Shown: piece after piece, positions 13,074-27,121 of the stretch | How positions within the stretch are numbered: position 1 is the first letter of the stretch | How the letters are laid out: each line of letters begins with the position of its first letter | Made by a program: the position numbers and the translations under genes | From: Mobula hypostoma | Lineage: Eukaryota | Length of the DNA stretch: 64,000 bases | Direction: 5' to 3' | Assembly: GCF_963921235.1 (NCBI RefSeq) | Contig: NC_086097.1 | Coordinates: 119,786,001-119,850,000 of the forward strand | Notes under the pieces: model-generated | What the model saw: only the letters and a program-made list of their open reading frames with translations | Told to the model about the DNA's origin: nothing | Database searches by the model: none

Positions 13074-13438
13074 CAGTTCATGTATCATCTGTTTTTCCTC
13101 GGAAACTCTAAAACCTGTAAAGTCATTTCCAGTGTCTTCACCAGGTGCCGACTCAAACACTGAACCTGGCCATAATTTATGCCAACCTCTCCTTAGTGTG
13201 GATGGCTCTACCGACCTCCAAGCATTAGCAGCACAGTAAATCTTCTCTTTCATATTAAAATCCTTTATAAATTCCTTAACGGTCTGCCAGCATTAACTGC
13301 ACTCAAAAAGCACCTCATAAACAGGGAACGATACTCCGACTTGAAAGAAAGTAATATGCCATTGTCCAGCGGTTGAATTAATGACATACATTCAGCACTT
13401 TATCTGGTTCCGAACTTCCGTCTTTCATTGTTTTTCTT

Positions 13439-16400
13439 TCTTTCTGTTCAAATATTTTTATTGTTATATTATACAGGAAAAATAACATGAGTACATAGAA
13501 GTGACAACACTTACAATGCCTCAAAAAAAACATTATCTTAAAGATTGAAAAAAAATTTGTGATAACAAAAAAAAACCTACTAAGCAGAAAAGTGAGAGAA
13601 AAAGAAAGAACCCATTAGGTGTACAACCCCGGAATCATGCGTCATACAAAAAGCTTCTAAAAATAAACATCAAACCACCAGCAAGAAATGAAAATATGCT
13701 AAAAAATTTACAATTAGATCATGGAAAAATATCAATTAACTCAAATGATAATAACGAGCAAATGAGCCCCATCTTTTCTCAATGTCAAATAAAGGTTGAA
13801 AGGTTCAACTTCTAATTTTCTCCAAACTAAGACATAGCATCACTTGAGAGAACCATTGTGACAAAGTGGGAGCTGATGTATCCTTCCACTTCAACAAAAT
13901 GGCCCTCCTAGCTATCAATGTAACAAATGCAATAATATGTTTGTCGGACACAGAAATACCATGAATATTTTGAGGAATTATTCCAAAAAGCACAGTTAAT
14001 TTATTAGGTTGTAATTTAATTTTAAGTGCTTTAGAAATTGTTGAAAAACCCAACTTCCAGACCTGTTCCAATATAGAACAAGACCAAAACATATGTGTCA
14101 GTGTATCTATCTCAGTTTTACATCTATCACAATGACTACCAACATTAGAAAAGATTTTAGAAAGTCTCTCCTTTGTCAAATGATAACAATGTACAATTTT
14201 AAATTGAATCAATGAATGGCTAACACAAATTGAAGAAGAGTTAACCAACTTCAATATCCGTATCCAATCCTCCGTCATAAAAGTCAAATTAAATTCCTTT
14301 TCCCAATCCTGTTTAATCTTAGATAAAGGATGCTTATCCTATTGTAATAATAAATTATAAATTATTCCAATAGAACCCTTAATCAAAGGATTCATACTCA
14401 TAATAGTATCTAACAGGTCAGCCTCCAATATGTAAGGAAAATTACTTAAATATTTTTTGTAAAAAATGTCTAAATTGAAGGTATTGCAGAAAGTGTGAGT
14501 ATGAAAGAGAATATTTATCAATTAATTGTTCAAAAGACATCAATCTATCTTCTTTAAATAAATCCAAAAAAGAATTAATACCTTTATTTTTCCAAAGTAA
14601 AAAAATTGGATCACACAAAGAAAGCTTTAAAAAGTAATTTCGGTAAATTAAACTACAAAGTTTAAATTTTTTAAGATTAAAAAAATTGCGGAATTGAAGC
14701 CAAATTTGTAAAGAATACTTAATCACAGGATATAAGTTTAAATTAACAACTTTAACTCATTGCATAGGTAAAGGAGCTCCCAATAACGAGGTTAAATAAA
14801 ACTGTTTTATAACTTTCAGTTCCAGGTCTACCCAAATTGGCCAATCACTCTTATCAACCCAGTATAACCAAAAAGACATATATCGCACATTAACAGCCCA
14901 ATAATACATTCTTAGATTAGGCAAAGCAAGACCTCCATCCTTTTTCAATTTTTGTAAGTAACATTTACTAATTCTTGGTCTTTTATCATTCCAAATAAAA
15001 GATAAAATAATAGAATCAATCCGATCAAAAAACTTCCTAGTCAAAAAAACCGGAATATTCTGAAATAAATATAAAAAATTCGGTAAAATCATCATTTTAA
15101 CTGTATGAATACGACCAACAAGTGAAAATGTAAGTGGACTCCATCTACTAAATAAATACTTCATAGAGTCTACTAAGGGAACAAAATTGGCTTTATAAAG
15201 ATCCTTATATTTTTTAGTAATTATCATACCTAGATATCTAAAAGAGTCTGTAACTTTCAAAGGAGTATTATCATATAGAGAGACAGAATCATTTAAAGGA
15301 AACAATTCACTTTTATTAAAATTTATTTTATATCCTGAAAAACTTCCAAATTCATTAAATAATTTTAGCAAGGCAGGAATGAATTTGTAAGGGTTAGATA
15401 TATAAACCAATAAATCATCAGTGTAAAGAGAAACCTTATGCATGGTCTCATTCACAAAAATCCCATTGATATTTTTAGCCTCACGAAGAGCAATAGCAAT
15501 AGGTTCTAATATTAAATTAAACAACAAAGGACTTAATGGACAGCCTTGCCTTGTCCCCCGTGAAAGCTGAAAAAAAGGAGACCTACAATTGTTAGTGACA
15601 ACAGTAGCAATAGGGGCTTTATATATCATTTTAATCCAATTATTAAAATTAGCACCAAAACCAAATTTCTCTAAAACATTGAATAAATATTTCCATTCGA
15701 CTTGGTCAAACGATTTTTCAGCATCCAAAGATACAACACATTGTGGAGTATTAAAAGAGGACGAATATATAATGTTAAATAGTCTCCGAACATTTGAAAA
15801 AGAATAGCGACCCTTTATAAAGCCTGTTTGGTCTTTAAAAATAATTTTACCCAAAATATTCTCCAACCGATTGGCCATTATCTTTGACAAAATCTTAGCG
15901 TCGACATTCAGTAATGAAATAGGTCTATATGAAGCACAGTCAGTAGGATCTTCATCTTTTTTAAGAATTAAAGAAATAGAAGCCTCATAAAAAGTAGTGG
16001 GTAAGTCACCTTTCACAAAAGAATCCTTAAACATTTCCAACATATACGAGAAAACAACTTTCCAAATTTTTTATAAAATTCTACAGGATAGCCATCAGGT
16101 CCTGGGGACTTAACAGATTGCACTGAAAAAATAGCTTTATGAATTTCGGCTTCAGTAATTTGACCATTGAGAGTTTTTTGATCCTCAGCCGAGATTTTAG
16201 GAAAAACAATCTTTCGTAAAAAAACATTCATTTCAGAGGAATCTACCGGACATTCAGATTTATAAAGCTCAGCATAAAAATCTTGAAAAATCTTATTAAT
16301 TTCTTCATATTCCTGAGCTAAGGTACCATCTTTCCTACGAATTTTCATGATTTGCCTTTTGGCTGCAGCCATTTTTAATTGAGATGCAAACAGTTTATTA

Positions 16401-17446
16401 TTTTTATCTCCAAAAATATAAAATTGGCTCTTTAACTTAAGCAAATATCCTTCAATGGGATGAGTTAATAACAGGTTATATTGTGATTGAAGTTCCACCC
16501 TCTGTTTAAATAAATCAGTATTGGGGGAAATTGCATAGGTATTATCTAAATCTTTAATTTGTTTTGAAATTCTATCTAACTCTGCTTTAGTTTGTTTTTT
16601 AAGTTTAGCTGAATAAGAAATAATCTGACAGGGCAGTCAGTAGCTTTGAATTCTATCGTAGATCACTTTGCTTTTTCGCGTTTCCGGGTGTGCGTGGGTG
16701 GGTTTAGAGTTAGGAGTTTTTTCCCATTGGGAGGTTCCAGAGCATGCATGCTTTTTATCTGGTTGTATTCTTCATCACCGGCATTTTTGATCATCCCGTA
16801 TTGGTATGTGCTCTGTGCATGTATAAAGTAGAATAAAATTATAGTATGGTATTTAAACGGATTAATATAAAAGTTGGAATGTACGTGGTTGGAATCATCC
16901 TATTAAACGAAAAAAGACTTTTAAAATTATAACCAATTCCAACCTAATATAATTTTTGCTCAAGAGACACATATCAGGGCGGGAGATCAAAATAGATTTT
17001 TTAGATGGTGGAATGGTTTGCAATTCCATTCTGCTTCTCAGAATAAAACAAAAAGCATGTCTATTTTTATTAAACCTAATATATTTATTCAAGAGGATAT
17101 TGAATCAGATTCTAATGGTAGATTTTTAATTGTTAAAGGAACAACCTGTAACAGAAAAGTTGTTTTGGTTAATTTGTTGTGGTCCTAACTTAGATGATCC
17201 TTTTTTTAAAAAGGTAATTGCTTTATTGCCTGATTTAAATGAATATGTGCTGATAATGGGTGGGGATTTTAATTGCTGCCTAAATCTTATGATTGATAAG
17301 AGCTCAACCAATCAGCGACTTCCAAATCAATCCGCGTCATTTATTAATTCCTTTTTGATTGATTTTGGGTTGATTGATTTGTGGCGGTATCTCCATCCGG
17401 ATAATAGAGAATATTCTTTCTTCTCACATGTTTATAAAAATTATTG
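13439..17446 (-). mobile_element. L1-clade LINE with inverted 5' segment
   Basis: Minus-strand RT ORFs (YRPISLLNVDAKI, SLDAEKSFD, GTRQGCPLSP, YTDD, C-terminal CDRC..H..WSC) at 13805-16625; plus-strand APE endonuclease remnant (SWNVRG..., MGGDFN, YSFFSH) at ~16870-17446; TSD ATTGTTTTTCTT at 13427-13438 and 17447-17458. Confidence 0.92.
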
Positions 17447-17924
17447 ATTGTTTTTCTTACGCACATCTATTTCTTTGAATCACTATGAGCAAAAAAATGT
17501 AGTAGTTTTCTTTCTGGTTCTTTATATCATACACTGTGGAAGAGCCAATGTTGTAACAGTCGCACAAGCTTTTCATCGAAACACCACTGTCCAGTTTTTT
17601 TCAAGAGTGCAACCTTATCTTTAATTGATAATGTGCAGTGTTTTCGCTTTTTACGCTTCACAGCACAAGGTGCATTTCCTTTACTCACTGGGGCCATAAC
17701 TGGGGCTAAAAAGAGCCAATGATATTAATAAATGCAGGAAAACAAGCAGGAATCACCTTTCTGTGTTTACAAAAGTTCGCCAACATGCGAACAGATCTAC
17801 CTCAACCAAAACAATGTGCAGCAGATTGGTACAGTGGCCCGGGAAATTTGAAATTACAGTTGCGCGGAAAATTTGAAATCAGTGCCGGATTATTGAAGGA
17901 ACCAGATTACAGGTAGTTGTATTA

Positions 17925-18530
17925 GTGAAGGTCAGCTGTATTAGGTACAGGAGTCATGATATTATGCTGAAGACATTGCCTAAGACAGTGGTGAAGCCTA
18001 ATATGGAATATTGTATGCAGTTCTGGTCACCTATCTATAGGAAAGACATCAATATGATTGAAAGAGTACAATTTGCATGGATGTTGATGGGACTTGAGGA
18101 GCTGAGTTAACGTCAAAGGTTGAATACTTTGGCACTTAATCCCCTGGAACATACAGGAATGAGGGGAAATTTGATTGAGGTATACATAATTATGAAGGGT
18201 ATAGAAAGGCAAAATACAAGCAGAATTTTTTTCCACTGAGGTTGGATGAGACAAGAACTAGAAGTCATAGGTTAAGACTGAAAGCTGAAATATTTGAAAG
18301 GAATCTAAGGGAAACTTCTTCTGTCAGAGTGGTTTTAGTGTAGAATGAGCTGCCAGCACAGGTAGTAGCTGTTTTTTGATTTCAACATTTAATTGAGACC
18401 TGGATAATTTAGGATGTGTATGGATGGCTATGTTTCAGGTGCGGGTCAATGACAGAATAATAGTTCAGCATGGACCAGATGGGCCAAACAGCCTTTTTTG
18501 TGCTGTAGTTCTCCACAACTCTATGACTAA
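17925..18530 (+). mobile_element. Old CR1 3' fragment
   Basis: VKPNMEYCMQFWSP remnant; 3' end GGACCAGATGGGCC...CTCTATGACT. Confidence 0.8.
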
Positions 18531-18944
18531 GTTTGGGTACAAGGTAGTAGAAAGCAGAAGGAAATCATTTGTAGATAAAAAGGGTGCAATATTTTTACAG
18601 ATGAATCAAAGTAGGTAGAAGTCAACTGCAAGAACATGAGCTGCCAGGGAGCTTCAGGGAGCAGAGAAAACAAAATGATGGGATCTAGATTAAGATGGAA
18701 AATCATGGCCCTATGACTTCCTAATAATGGAGCATGTGATTGATGCTTCTTGGAGTAGAGTCTGTCATCACACCATATCCGAGACAATGAAGAGTTTATG
18801 GAGAGGGACAGAAAAATCACAGATGCATGATTTAGAATAGAAGCCAGCAATTTTCTCACAGCTGGAATGGGATATTGAATGGGTCTTTAAATCCAGGCCA
18901 TATGAATTTTTTAAGAAATAGTTGATTCACACCACCAGATTCAT

Positions 18945-19255
18945 AATCAGTTACTAAACCACATGCCATCAGGCTCTTAAACTAGATGGGATAATTTCAC
19001 CTAACTTCACTTGCCCATCACTGAACTGTTCCCACAATCTCTGGACTCACTTTGAAGGACTCTTCATCTCATGTTCTCAATATTTATTGCTTATTCATTT
19101 ATTGTTAAGATTTTTTTTTTCTTTTGAATTTGCACAGTTTGTTGTCTGCTGTGTTGGGTGTGGTTTTTCATTGATTCTATTACTGTTATGGATTTACTGA
19201 GTATGTCTGCAGGAAAATGAATCTCAGGGTTTTATATGATGACATATGTGTACCT
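18945..19255 (+). repeat. LINE-derived 3' tail (REX1/L2-like)
   Basis: GCCATCAGGCTC...AAAATGAATCTCAGGG motif recurs near 36270, 43830 and 49890. Confidence 0.55.
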
Positions 19256-19381
19256 CGAACTGGTGATTGTGAAAAAATTGTTTACCGGGTGTCTGTAGAG
19301 ATGCAGTTCATTAGTCCCTTGCTAATAGCCACTAGACTCAGCGATGAGAAAACCACCTTTCTCAAACTCCATATGCCTAGG

Positions 19382-19475
19382 ATCCTGACGAAGGGTCTCG
19401 GCTCGAAACGTCGACTGTACCTCTTCCTAGAGATGCTGCCTGGCCTGCTGCGTTCACCAGCAACTTTGATGTGTG
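19382..19475 (+). mobile_element. Short Penelope-like tail insertion starting at the hammerhead core, 9-bp TSD
   Basis: ATGCCTAGG at 19373-19381 and 19476-19484; CCTGACGAAGGGTCTCGGCTCGAAACGTCGACT. Confidence 0.9.
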
Positions 19476-20794
19476 ATGCCTAGGGTCAGTATGACTTGAG
19501 TCCCAACAAAACTGGGAAGTTGGGATATTTCAACCACCCAAACCCCGATCTGTACAAATATTGTGTAAGCACTGCCCCCATGCAATTAGTCATCAACAAG
19601 AAATAACAGATTGTACACTGCATACAATTATAAAGAAAGTATATTTACAAATTTTAGCTTTATCGAACAGTTAGTAGGAAAAAGAAAAGAAAAAAAATTA
19701 AAAGGGCCCATTGCCGTTAACCGAGTCCAAATGTGCACATAAATTGGAGATCATCTTGAAGTTGTCTTTAACTCATGTGCTGGACCCATGTTCTGCATGA
19801 AAACACACACCACCTTCTGAATGTCATTCGAAATCCATCTCAGAGAAACGGGCTGCCCCATGGGAGTATTGGTCCTTCCTCCTTGAAGCCATTCATCTGC
19901 ACAAAGCACGCTGTGCAACAGGGATGGCATCCTCAGCCATCTTCCCTCCTGTCTTCTCTCAGCTCCTGCTAAAAAGACCTTGACTCACACCAGTGTCCAC
20001 TCTAGAACTTCCTCTCAACTCCACCATCCAGATTTGCTGACACAACATTCCTAAGTTGAACAACATAGCTCCCTAGCTCAAAACCAAACATGCTAAAAGC
20101 AGAATCAACTACTCCTACAGAACGGCTAAAATGAAATACCTACAGGATAGCAGTAAAAATCTTAACCAGGGCATTACAATTGCATGAAATGGGGAAGTAA
20201 CCTGTGTCAAGCAACTCACACACCAAGGCCTTTTCACCATCTATAAGGTGCAAGACAGAAGAATTATGGTGTTTGGATCTGTAGAAGGAAGAAACTACTG
20301 AGCAGAGAAGCATCATTGGTTGATTCAATGGAAAATTAAGGAGACAGAGGAGGAAGGAATGAAGGAGGCAGAACATATTATTAACTAAGCAACAGGAGGG
20401 ATACTCACTGTGGCCATTATGACCAGAGCAATCCCCCACTAAACTACTGCTCTGAGAGTCTTTGACAAAGAGCAGAGTTTAGCCCAATCTGTTTTCTTTC
20501 CTTCTCTTACTGTTCTTAAATCTTATAGCCTCAAAACAATAATGATCTGGTGCTTCATAACACAAATGCATGAAAAATCTTTGTGTAATTGCATATCATT
20601 TATCTTCTTACATGGTCCTCTGTACTTCTACACAATGCAAACTATATGGGTTCAAGAGGCAACAAGCTGTTCATATTTGAGTTAAACCATCAATGATCCT
20701 CGCCATATTTTCTTTGTTTCACTGGCTGGCTTCTTTCCCCATTAATAGTTAAGGGAATCTTCCTAATGCTTCTAATCATCCTTATTATCAGTCC

Positions 20795-21280
20795 AGGGAG
20801 GATTCAGTAGAATTCTGATGCGTTGCATCACTGTCTGATATAGAGATTCCAATGCACAGAATCAGCAATATCTGTCCCTGGTTTTAAACTCAGCCATCTA
20901 CATCATGAGTACTAGCCTACTTAGCATTGAGTTCATCTTCAATGGGCAATGCCTTCATGATTAAGGACCTTCACCGTCCAGGACAAGTCCTCTTCTCATT
21001 GCTACCAACATGGAGAAGGTACAGGAGCCTGAAGTTTTTTGGGATAGCTTCTTTCCCTCCGCCATCAGGTTTCTGAATGGACCATGAAACCCATGAATAC
21101 TACCTCATTCTTTGCTCTCTTTTTGCACTACATACTACGTATATATATAATATATTATCTATAACTTATTGTAACTTATAGTAATTTTTCTATATGTATT
21201 GCTCTTTACTACTGCCAGAAAACAACAAATTTCATGATATACGTTATGTGAGTGATAACAAACCTGTTTCTGATTCTCAA
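20795..21280 (+). mobile_element. REX1/L2-like LINE 3' fragment
   Basis: TGCATCACTGTCTG (CITV-W-like) and AGGTACAGGAGCCTG...CCCTCCGCCATCAG; related copy at ~51910-52220. Confidence 0.6.
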
Positions 21281-23190
21281 TCTGAGATTGCTTGGGGTTC
21301 ACTTATGGTGCTCTGAAATCAACAATTTATCAAGTTGTAGAGTGTTCCTTGAATTACTGGAGTTGAAATGCTCTTTCAGGCTAATTGATTGAGAGTACAA
21401 AAACAATGATAGTAATCCATTGACTGGGAGTGGACTGAACATAGATTAAGTATCCATTGGGTTATTGGGTTTCACAGACAACCATGGTCAGATGTTGGGC
21501 CAGCAGACCACCAAGGATAAGGGCTGGTGGCCCCCTCTCCCGCACCCAGGTCAATGAATCATTGGCATATTTCAGGATCTGAGTTCCATGAGGGGCTACA
21601 AGGGCCGGTGACACCCTAAGTACACAAATCGGCAACTAGAGATCAAGGCCTAGTATCTGGGATCCTGTCATCAGCAAGTTCGGAGCTTGAGACCTGAGGT
21701 TTAGGGTCATCATCCACTGTCCTCGTTCATTGTCATCAGTGCATCCTGGAGTCAATATAAAGATCAATTCATATTGACTAATTGGAATTCTGGAAGTCGA
21801 GGCCTAATGGCTAGTTGCTGGGTTTGTGAGTCTTTGTGATTCTGCCGGTGAAGTTGAAGGCCCAATGTCCACTGGAGGCTGGGGCCCAAAGATGGCCTGT
21901 CCTGGAGTTAAAGGACTGTCTGTGTGTGTGTCTGGGTAAGGGAGTTAGTGGGAGGGAGGTAAGGGGCTTGTTTTACTGTTGTTGCTGTTGTTCTATTGTT
22001 GTTGCTGTTGCTTGTGTGCTCTGCAAACATGGTTTGTGCTAAAATATATGGTGAAATTTGCAGACTGCCCCAGCACATCCCTAGGTTGTTAACGCAAATG
22101 AAGCATTTCACTGTATGTTTTGATGTACATGTGATAAATTAATAAATGAATCCAAATCTGAATTGCAAGCGTATTGTAAAATTAAAATATAATTTATGAT
22201 TCATTAAATTTTAAACATGTCAAAGCTTAGGTTAAAACTGAAAAGAATGTAATTTAATATGGATGTGTTATGTTTCTTTATGCTAATATAACATCAAGGA
22301 CTTTGTCCAACCAATCACATACTGGCATAGACTTGATATGTCAAAATAATTTGGATGCTCTGCATGAAAGAGTACTAACCATTTATTAATAATTTGGACA
22401 TTTATAAGATTCCAGAGGTCAGTTCATCAAAGGCTTCTTTGTGCTCAAGTGTGCCTGGCAGGATGTTAAATGGCAATATTGCAGAGAAATAGTTCCCTAG
22501 CTAATCCTGCTGATTATTCTGATCTATGATCTTTGTAAATTCTCCAATGCATCAGTCTTGTGTGCCATTAGTACAGTTAAAATATTTATAAACGTTGGCT
22601 TTGTGTTATTGCACCAAGCCAGCTTATTTCCTTGTAGGCTCTGTCACTGACATAAACAGAGCATGAAACATAGAACTGTAGAGCATAGCAACAGGCCTAT
22701 TGGCCCAAAATGTTGTGTCAGAATAGTTAAATTAGTAGTCAAATGCCCACCTAAATTACACCCTTCTGCCTGAACAAGTCCATATTCTTCACATTCATGT
22801 GTCTTTCTAAAAGGACCAGACACGAGGGTGGAGCCAGTTCTGCTCACTGCTCCAGAACGTTTGCTCCGCTACATACTGAACTGATGTTGAGGTGGTGGCC
22901 TGCTCCAGCAACTCCAGGCTCTGAGTATGAGGATTCACTTTTGTTCTAAATGCTATTTGCTTTTATTGCTTGCACAAATTGTTGATTTTTTTCTCTCTTT
23001 CTGCACAATGGGTACTTGTTGGTCTTTTTTTAAGATTGTACACAAGGTTATACGAGCACATAATAAATGTACTGTGAACTTTGAGACTCTTGAGTGTTTC
23101 CATTGTATTTTCCTTCACCCCCCATCCAGGGAGTGTATCAAGACATCCATGAGTCTCTGGGCAAATAAATTGCCCCACACATCTCCATTG

Positions 23191-24237
23191 CATGAGGGGT
23201 GATTGATAAGTTTGTGGCCTAAGGTAGAAGGAGTCAATTTTAGAAAACCTAGCACATTTATTTTTCAACATAGTCCCCTCCTGTATTTATACACTTAGTC
23301 CAGCGGTCATGGAGCATACAGATCCCTTCTTTGTAGAAGTCAGAGTCTTGAACCTCCAGAAAGTGGTCCACAGAAAGTTTGTGGCTTAAGGTAGAAGGAA
23401 ATGTGTTATACAGCTCTCGTTACATGCACATGCAGTTCAATTGTTTGAGTGATTATGCAGAAGGTTTGAAGTTAATAACTCATCTCCTTCTACCTTAGGC
23501 CACAAAACTTATCAATCACCCCTGCTGTGGACCACTTTCTGGTGGTCCAAGACGCTGACTTCTACAAAGAAGGGATCCGTACGTTCCAAGACCGCTGGAC
23601 TAAGTGTGTAAATATAGGAGGGGACTATGCTGAAAAATAAATGTGCTAGTGTCGGGTTTCGGTGGGACTCAAGTGCAGACCAACGAAGACTTTTTCACCA
23701 GGATTTATTAGGGAGCACAAAGGCAACAGTCTTTCAAAAACAGAAGGCAGGCACGAATCCGAAATGGCAGGCAGAGGTCTTAACCAGGAAGGGCAGTCAG
23801 GCGAGGGAAGACAATCCAGAGCGCACAGGCAAAAATCAGGTCCAAGAACGGGCAAAATCCAAAACACAGAATCAGGCAAAATCGGTTGGCAGAAGTCACA
23901 ATGACAGGCTAGAACGACACAGGTCAGAACTGGGATGAACTGGCAGAGAATGCTAGTCAAGGCGGGGTTTAAATGGACAGGGTAATGAGTGAAAATTAGA
24001 AATAGTTGGGTGCAAATGAGGAGACAAGCAGGTAGCTGGAGGAAGTCCAAAAAGGAAAGGGACTGGGCCAGAACCCACATGGCCAGGTGAAAGAAAACAG
24101 AAATTAAAGACTGTCGTGATCCAGAGCTACCACCAGAGGCCCTTCGACCCAGTGTTCAGGCCGGATCCTTAACAGCTAGGTTTTCTAAGATTGACGCCTT
24201 CTACCTTAGACCATGAACTTATCAATCACCCCTCGTA
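23191..24237. mobile_element. Mariner-type MITE with long TIRs, interrupted by a solo LTR
   Basis: Left CATGAGGGGTGATTGATAAG / right CTTATCAATCACCCCTCGTA; arm 23191-23372 is the inverse of 23525-23649 plus 24175-24237; TA at the right end. Confidence 0.88.
23650..24174. mobile_element. Solo LTR, 525 bp, with 5-bp TSD
   Basis: TG...CA termini; GCTAG at 23645-23649 and 24175-24179; minus-strand AATAAA near 23705. Confidence 0.85.
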
Positions 24238-24239
24238 TT

Positions 24240-25362
24240 TACCCTCTCTGACCTTAAGTGCATGCCATCCAGTATTAGATATTTAAATCCTTGGATAAAG
24301 TTCCTGTCTATCTATGCCTCTCATAATCCTTATCAGATCTCTCCTCAGCCTCTGCCGCTGCAGAGAATATAACTCAAGTTTGTCCAAACTCTCCTTAAAT
24401 CACAAGCCTTCTAATCTAGGCAGCATCCTGGAAAACTTTTTCAGGTCCCTCTCCAAAGCTTCAATATCCTTTGAATAATGGGGCAACCAGAAGTGAATAT
24501 AATACAGTGATTCTAGTTAATTGGGACACATCAGGACCAGTACATTTTGACCCAAATAGGCGGCTCCAATTTTAGCCAAAGTTTCATGGAAGTAGTTAAA
24601 ATGGTGTAAAAAAAATACAAACTACTGTTTAACTGTGTAACAAATTATATTTTTAAAGGAATATAGAATAAATTAGAACACAACCAATATTACCACAGTA
24701 TTAGCTCCTGATAGTTATCAACGAGGCAATTCATCCAGTGTATACTGTCATGTTCTTTTGATTGACTGTAAATCAACAAAATCAGCAGATAATGGACTGC
24801 CTTCATTGCCTTCTGCAGGAAGTAGTGTCACAACCTAACAATAAATTTTGTGGCACAAAATTATTAACAATTACTGACTTTTGAATCAGAATCTTTCTGC
24901 CCAAGCAGATAACACAAATACAAGTAACTGCCACTGTTTAGCAACTGTTCACTCTAAGCATGGTGTAGCTTCTAATGGCCACACAAATGCACACAACTGC
25001 CACTGGTTAGAAAATGTTTGGCAACAGTCTCCTGTACCAATTAAGCATTCTAAATAAACAAAGATAATCCTGGCTATTTTAGATTAATTTTTGTTCTTTA
25101 ATAGTTGTCCCAAATAAGCAGCTGTCCTGATTTACTGATGACTCATTTAACCAGAATAAGTAGTTTTATAAAACTGTAAAGTAGCTTCTTGATTCTTGAA
25201 CTCAATTCCAAAGATTCTTAACCATCCTATCACCTTGTGTAGCCACTTTCAGGGAGCTATGGACTTGGAACCTAAGATACCTTTGCTCATCAACACTGTT
25301 AAGGGTCTTGTCATTAATAGTGTACTGTCTCTTTACATTTGATCTCCCAAGGTGCAACACTT
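24240..25362 (-). mobile_element. Old CR1 3' fragment interrupted by a DNA-transposon MITE
   Basis: CEVLHLGRSN...QVHSSLKVATQ remnant at 25202-25384. Confidence 0.7.
24503..25160. mobile_element. Tigger-like MITE
   Basis: Starts TACAGT; GTTAATTGGGAC / GTCCCAAATAAG / TTAACCAGAAT inverted sub-terminal motifs. Confidence 0.5.
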
Positions 25363-25364
25363 CG

Positions 25365-25850
25365 CAGAGACATTGGCAATTCAAACAAAACTGAAGATTT
25401 ATTACATAAATTAGTTAGAAAATCTCACAAGACCCCAGGCAAACTATATGCAATCTTGAGGAACAGAAATCACTGACGATACACAGGAGAACTTGCTCTG
25501 AGTTTCACCCAACAAGGAATCATAGCAACCCAATGGACAAAGGTTGGCATATCCCCCTGAAACACACCCTGGATCACGTAGGAATTCCAGACATTGACAA
25601 TACCGTACTAATTAAATTACCCCAAATTGAATAAAAATGATAAGAACAAAGAGTTTAACAATCCCCAATGATCCCAAATGAGACACCTGCAAAACAAAAT
25701 AAAAGTCCAGGGCTAGAGCACCGACAAACAACTAGACAAAAAGGTAAACAATCCAAGGACAACACATACCCACGATGTGCCTCTGAGAAAATACTGTCCA
25801 CTTACTAACTGACAAAGAGAAACTTAGAAGTGATCCCTGCTTGTGACACC
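25365..25850. mobile_element. LTR-like repeat, copy 1
   Basis: Shares CATACCCACGA..GAGAAAATAC..TCCAC.TACTAA and terminal TTGTGACA with 50752-51332. Confidence 0.55.
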
Positions 25851-26076
25851 ACCACCCCCCTCCCACCACCACCTTTTGCACCTACTCTCTATCTTTTCTA
25901 AAACAATGAAACCCTGGAAAGATGGGACATCAAAATTCATAAAAATTGAAAGTTTACAGCATTTCCAACCATTAACTGGGGAGGAACAGAAAGACAATTA
26001 TTATTTCAAGAGCTCTTAACTGTATTTGCGGAAGCTCCTTAAATCATTTTACAGAAAATTCAATCAGAAAATTAGA

Positions 26077-27121
26077 TTCAGAATGGCAGGCGGTGACTAG
26101 TGGGGTACTGCAAGGCTCAGTGCTGGGACCCCAGTTGTTTACAATATATATTAATGACTTGGATGAGGGAATTAAATGCAGCATCTCCAAGTTTGCAGAT
26201 GACACGAAGCTGGGTGGCAGTGTTAGCAGTGAGGAGGATGCTAAGAGGATGCAGGGTGACTTGGATAGGTTGGGTGAGTGGGCAAACTCATGGCAGATGC
26301 AATTTAATGTGGATAAATGTGAAGTTATCCACTTTGGTGGCAAAAATAGGAAAACAGATTATTATCTGAATGGTGGCCGATTAGGAAAAGGGGAGGTGCA
26401 ACGAGACCTGGGTGTCATTATACACCAGTCATTGAAAGTGGGCATGCAGGTACAGCAGGCGGTGAAAAAGGCGAACGGTATGCTGGCATTTATAGCGAGA
26501 GGATTCGAGTACAGGAGCAGGGAGGTACTACTGCAGTTGTACAAGGCCTTGGTGAGACCACACCTGGAGTATTGTGTGCAGTTTTGGTCCCCTAATCTGA
26601 GGAAAGACATCTTTGCCATAGAGGGAGTACAAAGAAGGTTCACCAGATTGATTCCTGGGATGGCAGGTCTTTCATATGAAGAAAGACTGGATGAACTGGG
26701 CTTGTACTCGTTGGAATTTCGAAGATTGAGGGGGGATCTGATTGAAACGTATAAGATCCTAAAGGGATTGGACAGGCTAGATGTGGGAAGATTGTTCCCG
26801 ATGTTGGGGAGGTCCAGAACGAGGGGTCACAGTTTGAGGATAGAGGGGAAGCCTTTTAGGACCGAGATTAGGAAAAACTTCTTCACACAGCGAGTGGTGA
26901 ATCTGTGGAATTCTCTGCCACAGCAAACTGTTGAGGCCAGTTCATTGGCTATGTTTAAGAGGGAGTTAGATATGGCCCTTGTGGCTACAGGGGTCGGGGG
27001 GTATGGAGGGAAGGCTGGGTTCTGAGTTGGATGATCAGCCATGATCATAATAAATGGCGGTGCAGGCTCGAAGGGCCGAATGGCCTACTCCTGCACCTAT
27101 TTTCTATGTTTCTATGTTTCT
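26077..27121 (+). mobile_element. Young CR1 LINE copy 3, 5'-truncated, 8-bp TSD
   Basis: ORF 26093-27025 (RT C-terminal half); AAAATTAG at 26068-26075 and 27122-27129. Confidence 0.97.

Larger units (their letters stand above)
12432..17920 (-). mobile_element. Tigger/pogo (CENP-B/Jerky-like) DNA transposon relic, internally deleted and split by L1 and Penelope-like insertions
   Basis: ATG at 17697 reads MAPVSKGNAPCAVKRKKRKHCTLSIKDKV (HTH-psq-like); SLIQPLDNGI near 13360-13385; ANAWRSVEPSTLRRGWHKLW; VEEWMNIDED acidic tail. Confidence 0.8.

Noticed and set aside
12432..17700. Possible domesticated TIGD/JRKL-type host gene
   Set aside because: Internally deleted, frameshifted and interrupted by L1 and Penelope-like insertions; a transposon relic
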